Positions 1-13,700 of a DNA stretch of 64,000 nucleotides are shown in pieces. Origin of the DNA: Phoronis australis (lineage: Eukaryota > Animalia > Phoronida). How positions within the stretch are numbered: position 1 is the first letter of the stretch; every line of letters starts with the position of its first letter. The notes beneath the pieces are model-generated. The model saw only the letters and a program-made list of their open reading frames with translations, did not search any database and was not told the DNA's origin. Both the position numbers and the translations under genes were made by a program. The stretch is taken from positions 601,376 through 665,375 of the forward strand of contig NMRA01000199.1 in NCBI GenBank assembly GCA_002633005.1, in the 5' to 3' direction.

Positions 1-2047
1 CGGGGGGGGGGGGGGGGGGGCAGATATGTGGCGATGATGGGTACCAAATATGTGAAAGCTAACAATTAAAAAACAGAAAGAAATAGCTACGTATTGAGTC
101 CATTATCTCTTGCCAGCAGAGAAGGGTCCCCAGAGAAATTAATGGCAAAAATACTCTTCATAAATTAACATCTTATTTGTAGTCCCTCTGTCCTGTGGGG
201 TCAAGTTTTAAGTTCAAAGTAACAGACTCCCCTAATTTTTTAACTTTGATCCACTGGCACTGTGACCTTATTAGGGCTCATCGGAAGTGGCGACTTATGT
301 TTTTGGAATCAGTAAGTAAAGGTGGAGTATCCAACAAAGAAAAAAGTTTTGAAATCTGACTCAAAATTTTTTTTTTCGCATGAAAAGGTCTAAAAATCAG
401 GTTTTTCAACTTTGAGCTTGCTGCGTGGCATTATTAATGATCTGATCAAACTCAAACTTGGTGGGTTTTAGTTTCTCAACATTATACATCAATCTGAAAA
501 AGAATTTTGGAAATTGGAAACAAAATTTTTTTCAGAACCCAAAAAACTCTGGACTAGTATAACTTATTTTATTTACTCGCATCATTTTCCTGCGTCATGA
601 ATCCTCGTAAACTGAAGAAATACTGCGAAAACGAGATTTGGGTTTGTGCGGTACTTTAGTTGTAATTTACGCTAGATGTTGATGCTGCTAATGCACTGAA
701 AAATGGCCCCAAACAAACGAGAGATTTCTAGCCAGTCACTTATAGCAAGTTTGTGGGCAAATTTTTGGAAAGTGAATGCTTGAATTGAGGTATATATTAT
801 CCACATGTGATCCTGTTTGTAGGAGCTGTGAAGGATTGAATAGGGATCCGGCAACTAGACTTTTACCAAATGGAACAACATGGTGTATAAAGATGTCTTG
901 ATTTATCCATACTTTCTGTAAGAAATGTGTACTTCTCTTTGAATTGCTTTTAATTCTTAATATAATCAGAAATTCAGCTAGGACCAGAATGAAAATGAGT
1001 CCATAAACAGCTTTTTTGTATATTGTGTTATTTTTATATGGCTTTTGCCCATATTTGTATGTGGGGGAATATTGCCATCATCTCTGTCTGGGCTTCTGGG
1101 CGTGCGGCGTCTGCAGCTGCTGTTTCTCCTAAACCCCTATCGTTGGAGTTCTTTGACAAATTTACATAAAATGTGGCAACTTATTTTGAGAAATGACGAC
1201 ACCTTCCCATATTTGGATTGGTTCGTGGTATTCTGAGCCATCTGGTGGCCATTTTCAGTTTATGACACACCCCTAGAACCACACTGTTTGCAGTGCAGTC
1301 GTGGGTGCATTTCAACGTGTTGCTTTTGTGAAACATCTCAATTTGAATCTCAAAGCATAATTTGGGAAATTTCAGAAAAAAGCAGGCTGAGAAAGTTGAT
1401 CACCAGTCAAAAGACATTTTCAAAGCTTTGCAACATTTGAGGAGGGTTTGTCCCGACTTGAAGACGGCGCAGTTTGTAAAACTAGACAAGGTGTTTCTAC
1501 CACCGTCAAGATGGTGAGTGAGAGCTAGTGTTGTCAGGAGACGAAGAATGGACACTAGAGTTCTAGATGTGCAAGAAATAAAATAAAAATTCATCAATTT
1601 AGGACATTTGTTTTAAATTGTAACTATGAAATTTTTGCTATTCCTGACTAAAAAGATAGAAATTTCAGACTTGTAATAGACTCAATCACAATAGAGAAAA
1701 CCATGTTTGGAATTAAGGAAAGTTCATCATGTGACTTGTGTTTCTCGAGGACCCCTGTTAGCATTATGAATGTCTTGAATTTGGTGCTAGTTGGGAAGCT
1801 GCATTAGATTCAGCATAATGAATGACAGACTTGTAAGGACAATCAACTACCTCAGTTTGAAATATGTACTAGGAACATGGTGATAATTTGCCTTTCATTT
1901 AATAAATTTTATTTTGACTTTTGAAGTTTGTTTTTCATTTAAACAATGCTGTGTTGTAATTGTTTGTTAAGGATGCGAGGCATTGGATGTGTTGCTTGCG
2001 CTTTTTACGCGTGATTAAAACCCTCAATGTAATATAAAAATTGAGTG

Positions 2048-2101
2048 TTTATTAAATTAACTGTACGGGTTGTATGAAAAACATAAACCATTTCATTTAT
2101 T
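2048..2101 (-). terminator. Candidate polyadenylation signals of the CH-SAM gene
   Basis: Minus-strand AATAAA at 2096-2101 and 2048-2053, about 1.1 kb past the stop. Confidence 0.5.
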
Positions 2102-3201
2102 ACAAATTTACACATTGAATACAATGGTCGCAGTTAAACAAAGCCGTCACTGCGGCATCTTCATTGAATGGAACTTAATGCAAACTTTGCTGTGAAAGAC
2201 CAAATTGTACCGTTTCCAATGTAGTATAGGTCATATAGTGCAAAATTTAGTATGTTTTATTATGGTCGGAAAGTCTAAGTGCATATTCTTGACAACAAAA
2301 TGACGGGGGTTTCTTCAGAACAAGTTACCAAAAACTTAATCATGCTCAATAACCTTCAAGACGCGTCAATTTTTAAAGTGCGTCGTAGTATCATTAAAGC
2401 GATAAGTGGGTTCATGATTTGAAATTAAACTTAAGATTCAAAGTTTTGAAAGTTTTAATGGTTTCTATGCTCTTAACAATTGCTGCTCACATAATGTTCA
2501 GGGTTGACTGTGATAACTTTTCATAAATGCTATGCACCATACTTTCAGAATTAAATATTCAAATGATTGGAATCGGCATTCCGCTTCTTGAACTTCAGTG
2601 AAGTCATCAGCACTGTTAAACTGAAAGACTTTAATGAACTGGTTTTAAAATTTCCTTTCCCAAGATAGCTATAGGTTTCCGCATGGACAGAAATTTTGAT
2701 GTGAAGTGGACTGGATTTGGAAATGTTCAAAGGTCCTGTCAAAATTGCTGCCTTTTGATGCCATTACAATTGACAATGCTCCAAATTTAATATCTAAGCA
2801 GTTGTAATTTTGTCCCACTTCCCGAGATGTCATGGTGATAACCAGATGTGAATTCTGTAGACCCAAGAAACAAGCAAAAATACAAGATCACGTAACACTG
2901 CGAGATGTCATCATGCATTACAAGCTAAGCAAGTGATTACACTAACTTTACTTGTGATATTCTTGCTTTTATGGACAGCAGCTCTGGTGTTGCACAGCGG
3001 GAATATGCCCGAGGATTTCCATGTGCGAGCTAATACAACAAGACAAGATGGCAATAAGATTCTATAGCACTTTTCTGCTCTGTTTAGAAACCTGTGAGAT
3101 GTCTATACACAATTTTATCGAAACGCTTAAAGGACAACTGTCTTCAGGGATGAGAAGATGAGCTAGCACCACTAATATTGGACACGTCTTGTGCTTACAT
3201 C

Positions 3202-3369
3202 TCAGACGATGTAAATGTTAAAATTTTCTTGACGGAAACACATCTGAGCTTCTTGTAGTATCCTAAGTCTTGGTCCCATGGGAATTCCAATACTTTTGAG
3301 CCTGTCCTCATTCATGTATGGTAACTCTGACATACCGATGTGTTCTTTTTCAAAATTCGGAGAGTATCT
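3202..3369 (-). CDS. Exon 18, SAM C-part and stop (RYSPNFEKEHIGMSELPYMNEDRLKSIGIPMGPRLRILQEAQMCFRQENFNIYIV*)
   Basis: TTTTTTCAG acceptor; Y...F..E.I...L......L..IGIP.GPR.RIL SAM signature; TGA at 3202-3204. Confidence 0.95.
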   Translation of the reverse strand, partial: RYSPNFEKEHIGMSELPYMNEDRLKSIGIPMGPRLRILQEAQMCFRQENFNIYIV

Positions 3370-6300
3370 CTGAAAAAACAGTAATTGAGATTCCTGTCAA
3401 TGCGTTTCAGAAATATTTTACCTGGATTTCTGTTAAAATTGACTGAATTGTCTCCCAGTAAAACCATCGCATCGCCACTTCACATAATGGACTCTGATTC
3501 TGTTTTTCTTTACTTTTTGTTGAACGTGCTTGTGTTATTTGGGCTTATGTAGTTTCAAGTATTCAATAAGTCGACTAGTTAGCAAGAATAACAGTACTGA
3601 ATAGAATTTTCAGTATTTGATTGTTGGAGCTGAATATTTCTCGTCCTCGACAATTTGTATCTGAAAATATCACATTTTTTTCATTTTGGACTACTTTTGA
3701 AAATAAATCATTAATTATTGTACATCGTGTCAAGTCTGATAGGACGACTTGGGAGTAGAATCTTAAGTTTTTGGGGAGTACAGGCATTTATGACACATGA
3801 AGGGGGATTTTACTGCTGTTTAGCTGTCGGTGCTGAATATTTTTGTAAGTGCTTTGCAATCCTGAATTGTTGCTGCATGAGCTGACAACTCAAGATGCAG
3901 GCAATGCATAAAATCTTCCTCAATTTACGAATTTGTAGTTTTAGCGTTGGCCAACCTCAATAAATTCTGAATTGGTTTAACAAGTGGCTGATGTTTTTGA
4001 TTTTCTTGTTGGAATATGAGGAGACCGAGTTAGTGAGCTTAAATGGCTTTTATTGAGTTTTCCGACTGCTAAATAGCGAGGTTAGTGTGAGTACATAATG
4101 GCATGGCTGATTTGGCTTACCTCATAACCGAGTCTTTTTAGAAACATCTGAAGTAGAGGAGGTTCGACACCAAAGAACCTGCACAGAGAAGCAAAACTTA
4201 TCACTTGGCTTTTTGAGCGTGATTCCAAGATCACACCATTGAATATTAAATCTGCCTTTCATCACAAAAACACTTAGTGGTATGAATTTGGCCCTTAATT
4301 GCTACTTAGTCAAACTGGAGGTGATATGTGGGCTTCAAGAGAAGTGGTAGTCATTACTTGACACCATACTGTACAACTTGGCTTGTCTTAGTATGTCAAT
4401 TTATGAGTCAAGCACGATTTCAAAGAATAATGAACTGTTAGTTCTTTGCAAACCCATAAATAGCTCCTCGTCCTAGTAAAGAACAGGCTGAGACCAATTT
4501 AATTGCGATAAGTGGTCTGAATCCAAAGTTGGACAGAATGTTGGTTCAGAACCACTTTAGACTGCACTCGAGTAACGCTATTAAAATCAAATTGACCGCA
4601 TGCTAAACTGCAGTCACCAACATTTTGTGTAAAACTACTTACTGGCAAACAGACTTGTGTAACAGAAGATTGAAACAGCGACTCGAATCCTAACCAGACC
4701 TTCAACTACTTTTCGGGCAATAAGTAAATTTGAAAACTGCTGGTGGAACATTTTGCATAAAAGGGGAAATTGAGCAGATTATGCTTTCAATAACACTAAA
4801 CAGATAAATGGAGTTCACTGGATCAAACAATATATAGTTATTTTCCACGCCATATTGAGCTTGACTTATTTATATACAATATATACATTATTATGGTAAA
4901 AAAACAATATGGCGAAAAGGCGAAATTTCATTTTTTTCAAATTTGTCAAAAGTAACGCATTTCAGGAAAATTTACATATGGTTTGTATGGCATAGCGATT
5001 ACCAAACAACATGAAGTAAGCCTATGATAAGTAGAAATATGGCAATGTTACCAAATAATATATTTTTTCTCTCAAACTGAAGGGTGAGCTGTGAAAAGTG
5101 TAACTAATTCGCTAGAGCAACTGCGGACTAGTTGTTGAACTGACAGCAGGCATGAAAAATGTCATTTGCTGTTTAAATTTGTGACGGGGCACTGGCAAGA
5201 GAAATAAACATGGTATTTTCTCCGTTACTTTTTGGAAACAATATAATCGACCATATTGCTTACTTGGTTAATTTGTCTACCCTCTTGGGGTTTGTCAAAG
5301 ATGGCACCCAGCCGCGGAATCTCTGAAACTCATCCATGCCAAAGGCGTTCTCCTGGGGTAATCTCAAATTTGGTGATTCGCGTAGTTCCTGAAGTTCGTG
5401 TCGTATCGCATCAAGTTCCTCGTAGAAGGAATTTTGAGAACGCATCTCGGAGGATAGATGAGCAACACTGCGGGCTAATGTCACCACATGGGACTCGAGT
5501 CGAGCAAATCGCTTGTGAACATGTCTGAAAGTAGCCAAAGAAACTTCACCTAATTATTATGCTAATATTAAAATGGGTAAATTTTATGGGCAAAATGAGG
5601 GCTTAGTTTCTTCACAGGCTGTTCTCCCTCTTCATTTTAGCAGCTGACTGCTTTCTCCACTCTCTTTAAGTGTTACTAAGCCAGCTGATGTTTTAAGTTG
5701 AAATATCATGCTACATGCTGTGTGATTTTTGGTTTAGGTTTCTTGCATTCAGAGAAGGGCAACAATATCTGTATAAGATTTCATGAAAATACTGGAAATG
5801 TGTTCATAATTTCCGAAATTTTTTTGGTGAGCTCCCAAACCCTCCACTCTCAATAGGGGAATATTGATATCGGCGCTCTCTAGAGTAATGAGAGCACGAA
5901 AGTGACTTCCGACTGATACCGACTCAAATTTGTTGGACATAAATTCAATTACTACATAGTGGTTTCAAATACAATAGGTTCTCTTGCAGTGCAATAATTT
6001 AAAAGCTGAGGATTCAATTCCACTTTCAGCCCCTCCCATTGTTTGATGAGTTTAAATTCATAAAGTTAAATTAGCTTTTTGACACCGGCTGGGATCGAAA
6101 CTCTCACGCTAAATCAGCCGCAGGTACTGGCTTTGTCGGCAGGTAGTTCTTTGCAGTGGGAATTAATATTTGGAACATGACGTTCTTATTCATCCATTGA
6201 TATTTCAAAAGGCTCGCCTTTTCCGTAAGGTATTAGTACATCCCATGGCGCAGCAGTAGAAATTTGTCGGCTTGATAATAGCGGGAAATGTGTTAAAACG

Positions 6301-7689
6301 CTGTTTATACCCGGTAGGTTGAAAGCTCCCATCCGCATTACATGGCAACTGTAGGTGACGCTGAATGCCTGTCCACCGAAGACCTATTGCAGTCTGGCGG
6401 CTTAGTGAATTTCAGTTTATTTATTTATTTATTATTGTGATATTTAAAATGAGGGTGGCCTCTTCCAACGATAGCACTGCTTTCCAAGAGGGCCCTTAAC
6501 AAGAAAAACAGTAATAAAATACAATGAAGTAATAAAACAACAATGAAATATACGTAACAAAGATACAATTAAAACAGGTTGAGAATTAAGACAATAACTA
6601 AATGACAAATAATGGTAAAAATTTAACTAAGACAGATGAAATAAATTAAGAGATGATTCTAGACAGTGAGAGTATTTACGACAATGAAAAAATATGGTGC
6701 TGTTATTTTGAAAGTCAGCTATTGACCTGTCTGTGTGTCCTCAGTACATTCTGCCCTCTTTTAGTAATTTTGGAAACTAGATAAGCACGGGATACATTAT
6801 TTTGCTAATATGTGTCTATGCGCATAAACAGTACTTTACAGACAAATACGAGCATTCTTCAATTCTTGAATTATTTGGATGAATGCTCTTTCGTTTAGTT
6901 CATAGTATAGCAGATAAGAGTTGTCCCGGATTACACAGCGATAGAACTCTCCTTGTCCTAGAGGCAAGAAAATGCATGCCTCATTTTGAAATGTCAGGCA
7001 CATTTTCACAGATAATTTCAAACACCGTCGAGGTGTATGGCCGTGGAAACATTTCCAAAGTCCAAATACCAAATGGACATTATCTCAATCTGGTTGAACA
7101 ACAGAAATGAAGTCAAACAGTCCAGAAATTAAATCTTAAGTTATCAGTTTTAACTAATATACCATAGCTACCATTGGATAATGTTTTGAGAAACTGAGGA
7201 CATTCACAATTTTAGGAACCTTTGTAAAATGAAAAAAGGCCAATTCTGACTCTTAATTTTTTGTACGAAATTGGTGAGATTTTAACATATCCATTTTCTT
7301 CTGACAAAGTAGTAGAACCCCATAATTTAATAAAATAAAATTCATATAACCAAGCATCTTACTTTAGTTCTTTATGTCTCTGCTTCAGTGAATTACTTCT
7401 TCGTAACTTTTTACCATGGCTGTAACGACTACTAGTCTGTGATACCACTGAACCGGCTATGGAATTACGTCGGGAGTCATGACGACTGTGCTCTGACTTG
7501 TCTCTTGATGACTTGCGGTCAACAATCTTCAAAATCTCACTATACATGTTCTCCAGACCTGGTGATTATGCAACAAGAAAGAGCATTGACATCTTTTTAT
7601 TTTTTTATTCATATGAAGAACATGTAGACATGAAAGACAAAAAGCAAGTCATTCACACTCTCACCACACATACACGCACACACACACAA

Positions 7690-7743
<54 letters not shown>

Positions 7744-10700
7744 CTGCCCCCTCTCAACATCTAAATTACCAATAAAATAATTTGAATATGAAATTCTCTT
7801 TCTAATATCTTAAGAAAATAACAGAATCTGGGGATTATTTTTTATATTTAGACACGTAATTAAAATATTTTAATTGCAACAGAATCCAATTTAAAACTTA
7901 ATTTTCGTTACTTATGGGCAAGCCAAAAATCATTGTCTTTTTGTCAACAGTCAAACTGACACTTCTAAGCTAAACAATCTGGTGATATCTTTTTCCACCA
8001 ATCTTTACAGTTTGACACAGTTCCTCCTGAAATGATAGAGGATTTCGTCTATGGCACTTCTGTCATTTTTCAAATGCATTGTGGGACTCTTGGCAGCTTG
8101 TAAACATCTGGTGGCATCACAGCCAACTTGGTGGCGTGTAAACACTATCATGGAACCACATTTATCACTTGAACGCATTAGAACAGAATTACCATCATGG
8201 TCCACTACAACATGCTTTTTGGTGTGAACATGGGGTAACCATGCAACCAACATACAAAAATAGAAGACTTAAAAGCATTCTTTAAAATACAATGAACTAG
8301 ATTAGCAAATACATGAAATATTATCCTGGCACGCACCATCAGATAACACAATGAAATGGAGTTAAATCTCACCACCAAACGCAAATTATAAATCAGTTTA
8401 CGCATTCACAAGTTGTTTGTGATGTCGGGGAATGTTTCCAACACAATGGCCCCCACAATACATTTGAAAAACAACTGCTTTGCTGTAGATGAAATTCCTT
8501 GAATGCTAATGGTCCACAATATTAAAATGGTCAATACAAAGCACTGTCATTTCTAAAAAGTTTGTAGTTATGGTGACGGTAGTGGTTGTGTCGTGGTGTT
8601 GGTGCCAGTAGTGACGTGGTGTTGGTGTTGTTGTGTTGGTGTCGGTAGTGATGATGACATTTACCTGATAGTTGATTCCTGAGAGCCTGTACCTCCTTGG
8701 ACGGTAGTGTTTCATTCTTGCTGTGCCTCGGCGATGGTGCCACATCAGACCACTCTTGGCTGGTGGCAGTCATGTCACCATCTTCTGTTTCTGTGTTGTC
8801 TTCCTTCACTTCAGACAAAGTTCCAGATGCTATAAAGACAAGTTCAATAAAGTATACTGCAATGTTGAATAGAAACTGATAAATTTTCAAGTGATCTCAG
8901 ATTGATCAATATAGGCCTACAAATTTACCAAAATGTGTCACGCTTCAAAGATGTGGTCATTTAGGAATAGTCACACAGCAATTACCATTTCCTTATGCAG
9001 TAGCTAGGCACTGATAGTAATTATAAATGGTGCCGCCAGATGGCGATAGGTTTTGTTGGACAAATGCGTCACAATTCATATGAAAAGTGGAGAATCTAAA
9101 AAGAAGTGGACGTTTGCAGCGTTGTTTTCAAAATGCTTTGAAGCCATTGTGGCGTAAAATTTTCACTGAAAATTTATTAACCTCTAGTGTCAAAACTTGA
9201 CAAGCAATTGCGATGTAAAGTTGTGACTATGGCACTATTCCATTAGGCAATTGTGTTTTTTAAACCTGTGACTGTGACACTATTTTATAAGGCAATTGTG
9301 ATGTAAAACTGTGACTGTGACACTATTCTATAAGGCAATTGTGATGTAAAACTGTGACTGGGACGCTATTCTATAAGGCAATTGTGATGTAAAACTGTGA
9401 CTGGGACACTATTCTATAAGACAATAGTGATGTAAAACTGTGACTGGGACACTATTCTATAACCAATCTACAAACACTATCAATCGGGTAACATCCACCA
9501 TCAGAGTTGGTACACGGAGGTAGTTTTATGAATCATATTATTCTACAGACAAATTTATCCTTGTATCAGTCTCATCTGACTGTGATTGACTTGTGAGCAC
9601 TCTGCAGGTGTACCAATAATTAGCTAAGTATTGTTCATTGCCATCACATCACTGTGATGATGCATCTGAGCTTCTATTGATTCTTGACTGCAAGCAATTT
9701 GCTCTTTGATTGAATGAAAGCAGATGGAGATACAATAAAAATATATTGAAAGAGGACGTTTCTTGAGCAAAGCAAATACTTAAGAATTTTTCTAACATGG
9801 GTGTGTGCACTCCTTGCAGACTTGTTTTTCAGCCCTGAAGTGGCCATAGCTGGTGAAACTGCACACAAGTGACACACTAAATGAAAACAGTTGCATAAGA
9901 GACCGAAGCAAATGATACAACATTTAATTTTTTCATATAAAATTCTTTTTTTAAAGCTACTATAAACCTGCCTTCCATCAAAAAACAATTCTTATTTATA
10001 CCACTCAACGCTATAAGGAAGATATATGGTCACGATGGCTCAGTGTCTGCACTGTTAGCAGACTTAGGACCCGGGTTCAAGTACTGGTCATGGCAGAAAT
10101 CTTTTCAGACTGATCTACATTAGGTCACGTGATGTGGCCAACAGGTAGCGTGCAGACCAAACTTAAAAATGTTTGTGATCATTATATAGAAGACATTGCC
10201 AATATGTCCTCTTGATGTTATGAATACCCTCTTCTCGTTTTCCTTACTGACAGGTAATTTCTAATAATGTAGAAAGAACAAAAGTTCATTATTGCTTTTG
10301 ACCAGGCTCAACTAGTTGGCTTCTCATGGCTTCAAACAATAAAAATACTGCCAGTCGTTTCTAAACCCACGAATCACTTCTAATCCATCTGAATACAGCA
10401 AAAGGCCAACTTTATGGCAGTTAATTACCTAAGTTAAAAGTTTGTTTCTTTGACAGCGACGCAGGTTTTTCAGCTACTCTTAAGAAAATTCACCAGGGAC
10501 TAAAATGAGTGTATTTAGACATCCAATGTGTTTCAGTTTCCTTATGGCAATAAAAAAGTAAATAGGACTGACTCACTAGCAAACTGTGATCGAGGAGGAC
10601 TTTTCGATTTCCTAGCTGTTGGTGAAGGTCTAGAAGATTTTCCTCGAGTGTTTGCCACCCCAACCATGCTCACAGTTCTAACCTTCTTTTTCTTAACCTC

Positions 10701-13700
10701 TCCTCCTCTGGGAGCAGGTTTTGGAGTTTCAGAGGTCTGCTTTAGTAAGTCCGGCCGGGGACCCAAACCGAGTTGGGCACAGGCACTCATTGATCGTTTA
10801 TATTTTACTGGAAGTGTCGGAGAATCACGTGGACTCTCAGGAGGAGTTGTTGTTGGGGATAATGGCGGTAAAGGTGGCGTCACTGATCGCGATGTGCCTT
10901 CTGTTTCGTATATGTCATTTTCATCACTTGCAAGGTCTTCTGCCATGAATATCGAGTCCTCTTCAGTAATTTCAACACTCTCCCTTCTATTGTTCAGTGG
11001 CATTTTGCCAGGAGATGAAGCCCGTCTTCCCATGAATGGAACAGCTTTTGTTTTGGTGCGTTCTCTAGGAGTACGTGCATTGTCTTTGTGCAATTTTTCA
11101 GAGTCTACGATTTGTCTCCTGCTTTCTTCGTCAGTTATGCTTTTCCTCCGAAGCTCAATTGTTTTCTGTCTTTTTTTTTCGACTTCATGATCACGTTTTA
11201 TTTGGTCTTTTTGCTGTTTTAGAAAAACTGCCTTTTCACTAATGATACCATCTTGCCTAAATTTCTGTTCCAATACTGAGTTTTCTTCCTCAGTATCATC
11301 CTTTTGGTTCATCACAGAACTTGCGCTTCTGTTTGTACTATGACTGTCATGTCGTGAACTTTGACCTGACGCTTGACCTCTGGCATCATAGTCGCTCAAA
11401 TGTGAGTCATCGAGACGAGCATTACCAACACCGTTTCTCAATTGCACCATTTGAATATCAGCGATTTTCATTTTGTTTTCGGACTCCTGTGAGCTGCTGA
11501 CTGTTTGTCCAGAGCTGAGGCTTCCGTGTGGACTGGAATGTCCGGATGGATCCGGCCGCTGGTAGAACGGGTTCCTGTTTCTCATGGCCATGTCGTAGGG
11601 AGGTGGTGCAGCCGTCTGGAAATAAAACAGTATCCCCTGTAATCACTTAGTTTTAACAGAGTTTGTCACACACACCCATTAAACACTTCATTAACTCTAC
11701 AATACAGACCTAAATTTTACGGAAAGTGCAAGACTTCATATACACTAAGTATTGTCATCCAAAACAGGACCAACGGTAGACATTGATGAACTATGTGTAT
11801 AAATCACTTCATTTAAGTAGTATTCAAAGCAGCCAAAAAATTTCAATTTATCATAGACATGAGAAGACACTGAGCACCCTATCCAAACACAACAGTTGTC
11901 GATGTAACAACACATTAACAATTTACCTTAATGTTGAGGGACTGCCCAGGCCTCGTTTCTTTGCTATACATTTTATTGCACATGTTTCGGAGGTCATTGC
12001 TGAAATAAAGTAAGTGCAAAACACTAATTTATTTCACTGCAAACTGGTCACTGTTATATGGATAGCTCTTGTAGTTTTGTTTTGCAACAAAGGCAGAATA
12101 GATAAATTATAACATTTCTTAAAATCGTGATGTTTGAGTCTAAAATTAACTACGAAAAACTAAGTGTTATCCAAACTAAATGTGAAAAGTGCACCTCTCA
12201 GAGTGTGATTATTTAGGTAACCATGTTTTATCTCGCAACAACTGAGTAAAAACCCATACTTAAAAAGAATAATGCATTGTGCAAGATCATTGTGTTACAT
12301 TACAAAATTCTGTTCTCAGAACATTTTTCCAGTCATCAGTTACAATGTTCAAATGATTTGGAGTCTCCGCAACTGTCAAGTGGAGATGAAAATTGCCCCA
12401 TACTGTCTTGTACTTAAAGTTCACATCTGCGTGAATATTTTGCTTTTATTGCTCTTGCTAAAAATTCACCTTTACCAGGTATTAGGATATTAACAATGAC
12501 ACATAGAACAATGTAACGATATGGACAACATGCAACTATTCAACAGCGCTTTCTACATTTTTAGACTCGGGTTTTCCTTTAATTTCACTCCACTCACCTC
12601 GCACCATCTGTACGCCCCTTCACACCTGTAGTCTGCCGTCCTGAGTCTCCATTTCTTTCCCTGTGTGGAAGCTCTGGTGTTGGCATTGTGGTCTTGTCTA
12701 GAAGTGCTTCGCCACGAGCGACATCTCTTTTATCTGTCGGACGAGATGGCTGCAGAAGGAATAGCAATATTTAGTAGAAAGTATAGCAGAGATTACGGTA
12801 AACTCTCACCAGTTTAGGCCACAATATGGCGGACACGTTAAATTTTATTTTTTTCATTTTCCCATAAGTGATGCTTACAACCAAAACGATGGTTTGTGAT
12901 GTCAAATTTCTGTACCATAGCCAACAACGGAAGACATTTTAAAAACATGATCTTTTATAACAACGTTAGAAGCCATTGAAAATGAAGAAGGTGCCATTGT
13001 GGCCATCATTTCTGTCCAAAATTATTGAAATATTGTTGTAGAAATACAATTCCATGCAGTGATCACTGAACTCTAATGAAATTAAATGCAATGACTCCGT
13101 GGAGATTAACAACAATGGCTGAGGTAGCAGTTGGACTCTTCTACTGTCCGTAGCACTCACTGAGGACACTGCGCAAATTTCAGCACTTTTATTGAATAGA
13201 CACAAAAATTTTTTGAAGCTCTCACAATGCCAACCAGTTAACTACTATCAAAAACGAAATTAAGAATTTCTTTGTTTTCTGTTGATCCCAGGCTCCACGT
13301 AACTCCTTTAAGTATCACATTTTCTCGTTTTTGGGAACCTTGGGATCATGATTTTACCAATCATTCCTTGGAACTCTACAATGAGACATGTTGTATCGCT
13401 TACAATCTTGATTTTGCTTCCTTCCTTTTGAAGGAACAAAACTTTGTGATCAAAGATAAAGGGGCATTTATCAATTTAGGACTAAAAATGTATTTTAAGG
13501 ATTATTGTTTGATGGGTGGACATTTAGCTTTAAACACAGCCATAACACAAAATCCTTGCGATTTTATCACAAATTGCCAATTCTCATTGTTGTCTGCTGG
13601 TGACTTTTACGCTTAAAACACTCACTTATTGAGTAGTACTTAGCTCAGTTTGACCGTAACTGCAAGAATTACACGTGGTTTCCACCCTGTGATCTCAGAA

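Noticed and set aside
2669-2866. Exon-like acceptor and ORF (NSHLVITM...CPCGNL)
   Set aside because: Lies downstream of the SAM stop in the 3' UTR; using it would truncate the SAM domain; no motif support.
6080-6300. tRNA-like A/B box fragments
   Set aside because: No cloverleaf; at most SINE debris.
7498-7764. THTH-repeat ORF
   Set aside because: Translation of the (CA)n microsatellite.
8531-8664. His/Thr-rich ORF extension
   Set aside because: Intronic simple repeat after the exon-14 donor.
9204-9463. CRISPR-like array
   Set aside because: Contiguous tandem units without unique spacers, no cas genes, eukaryotic intron.
10528-11190. 220-aa plus-strand ORF
   Set aside because: Antisense shadow of exon 13; no domain features.
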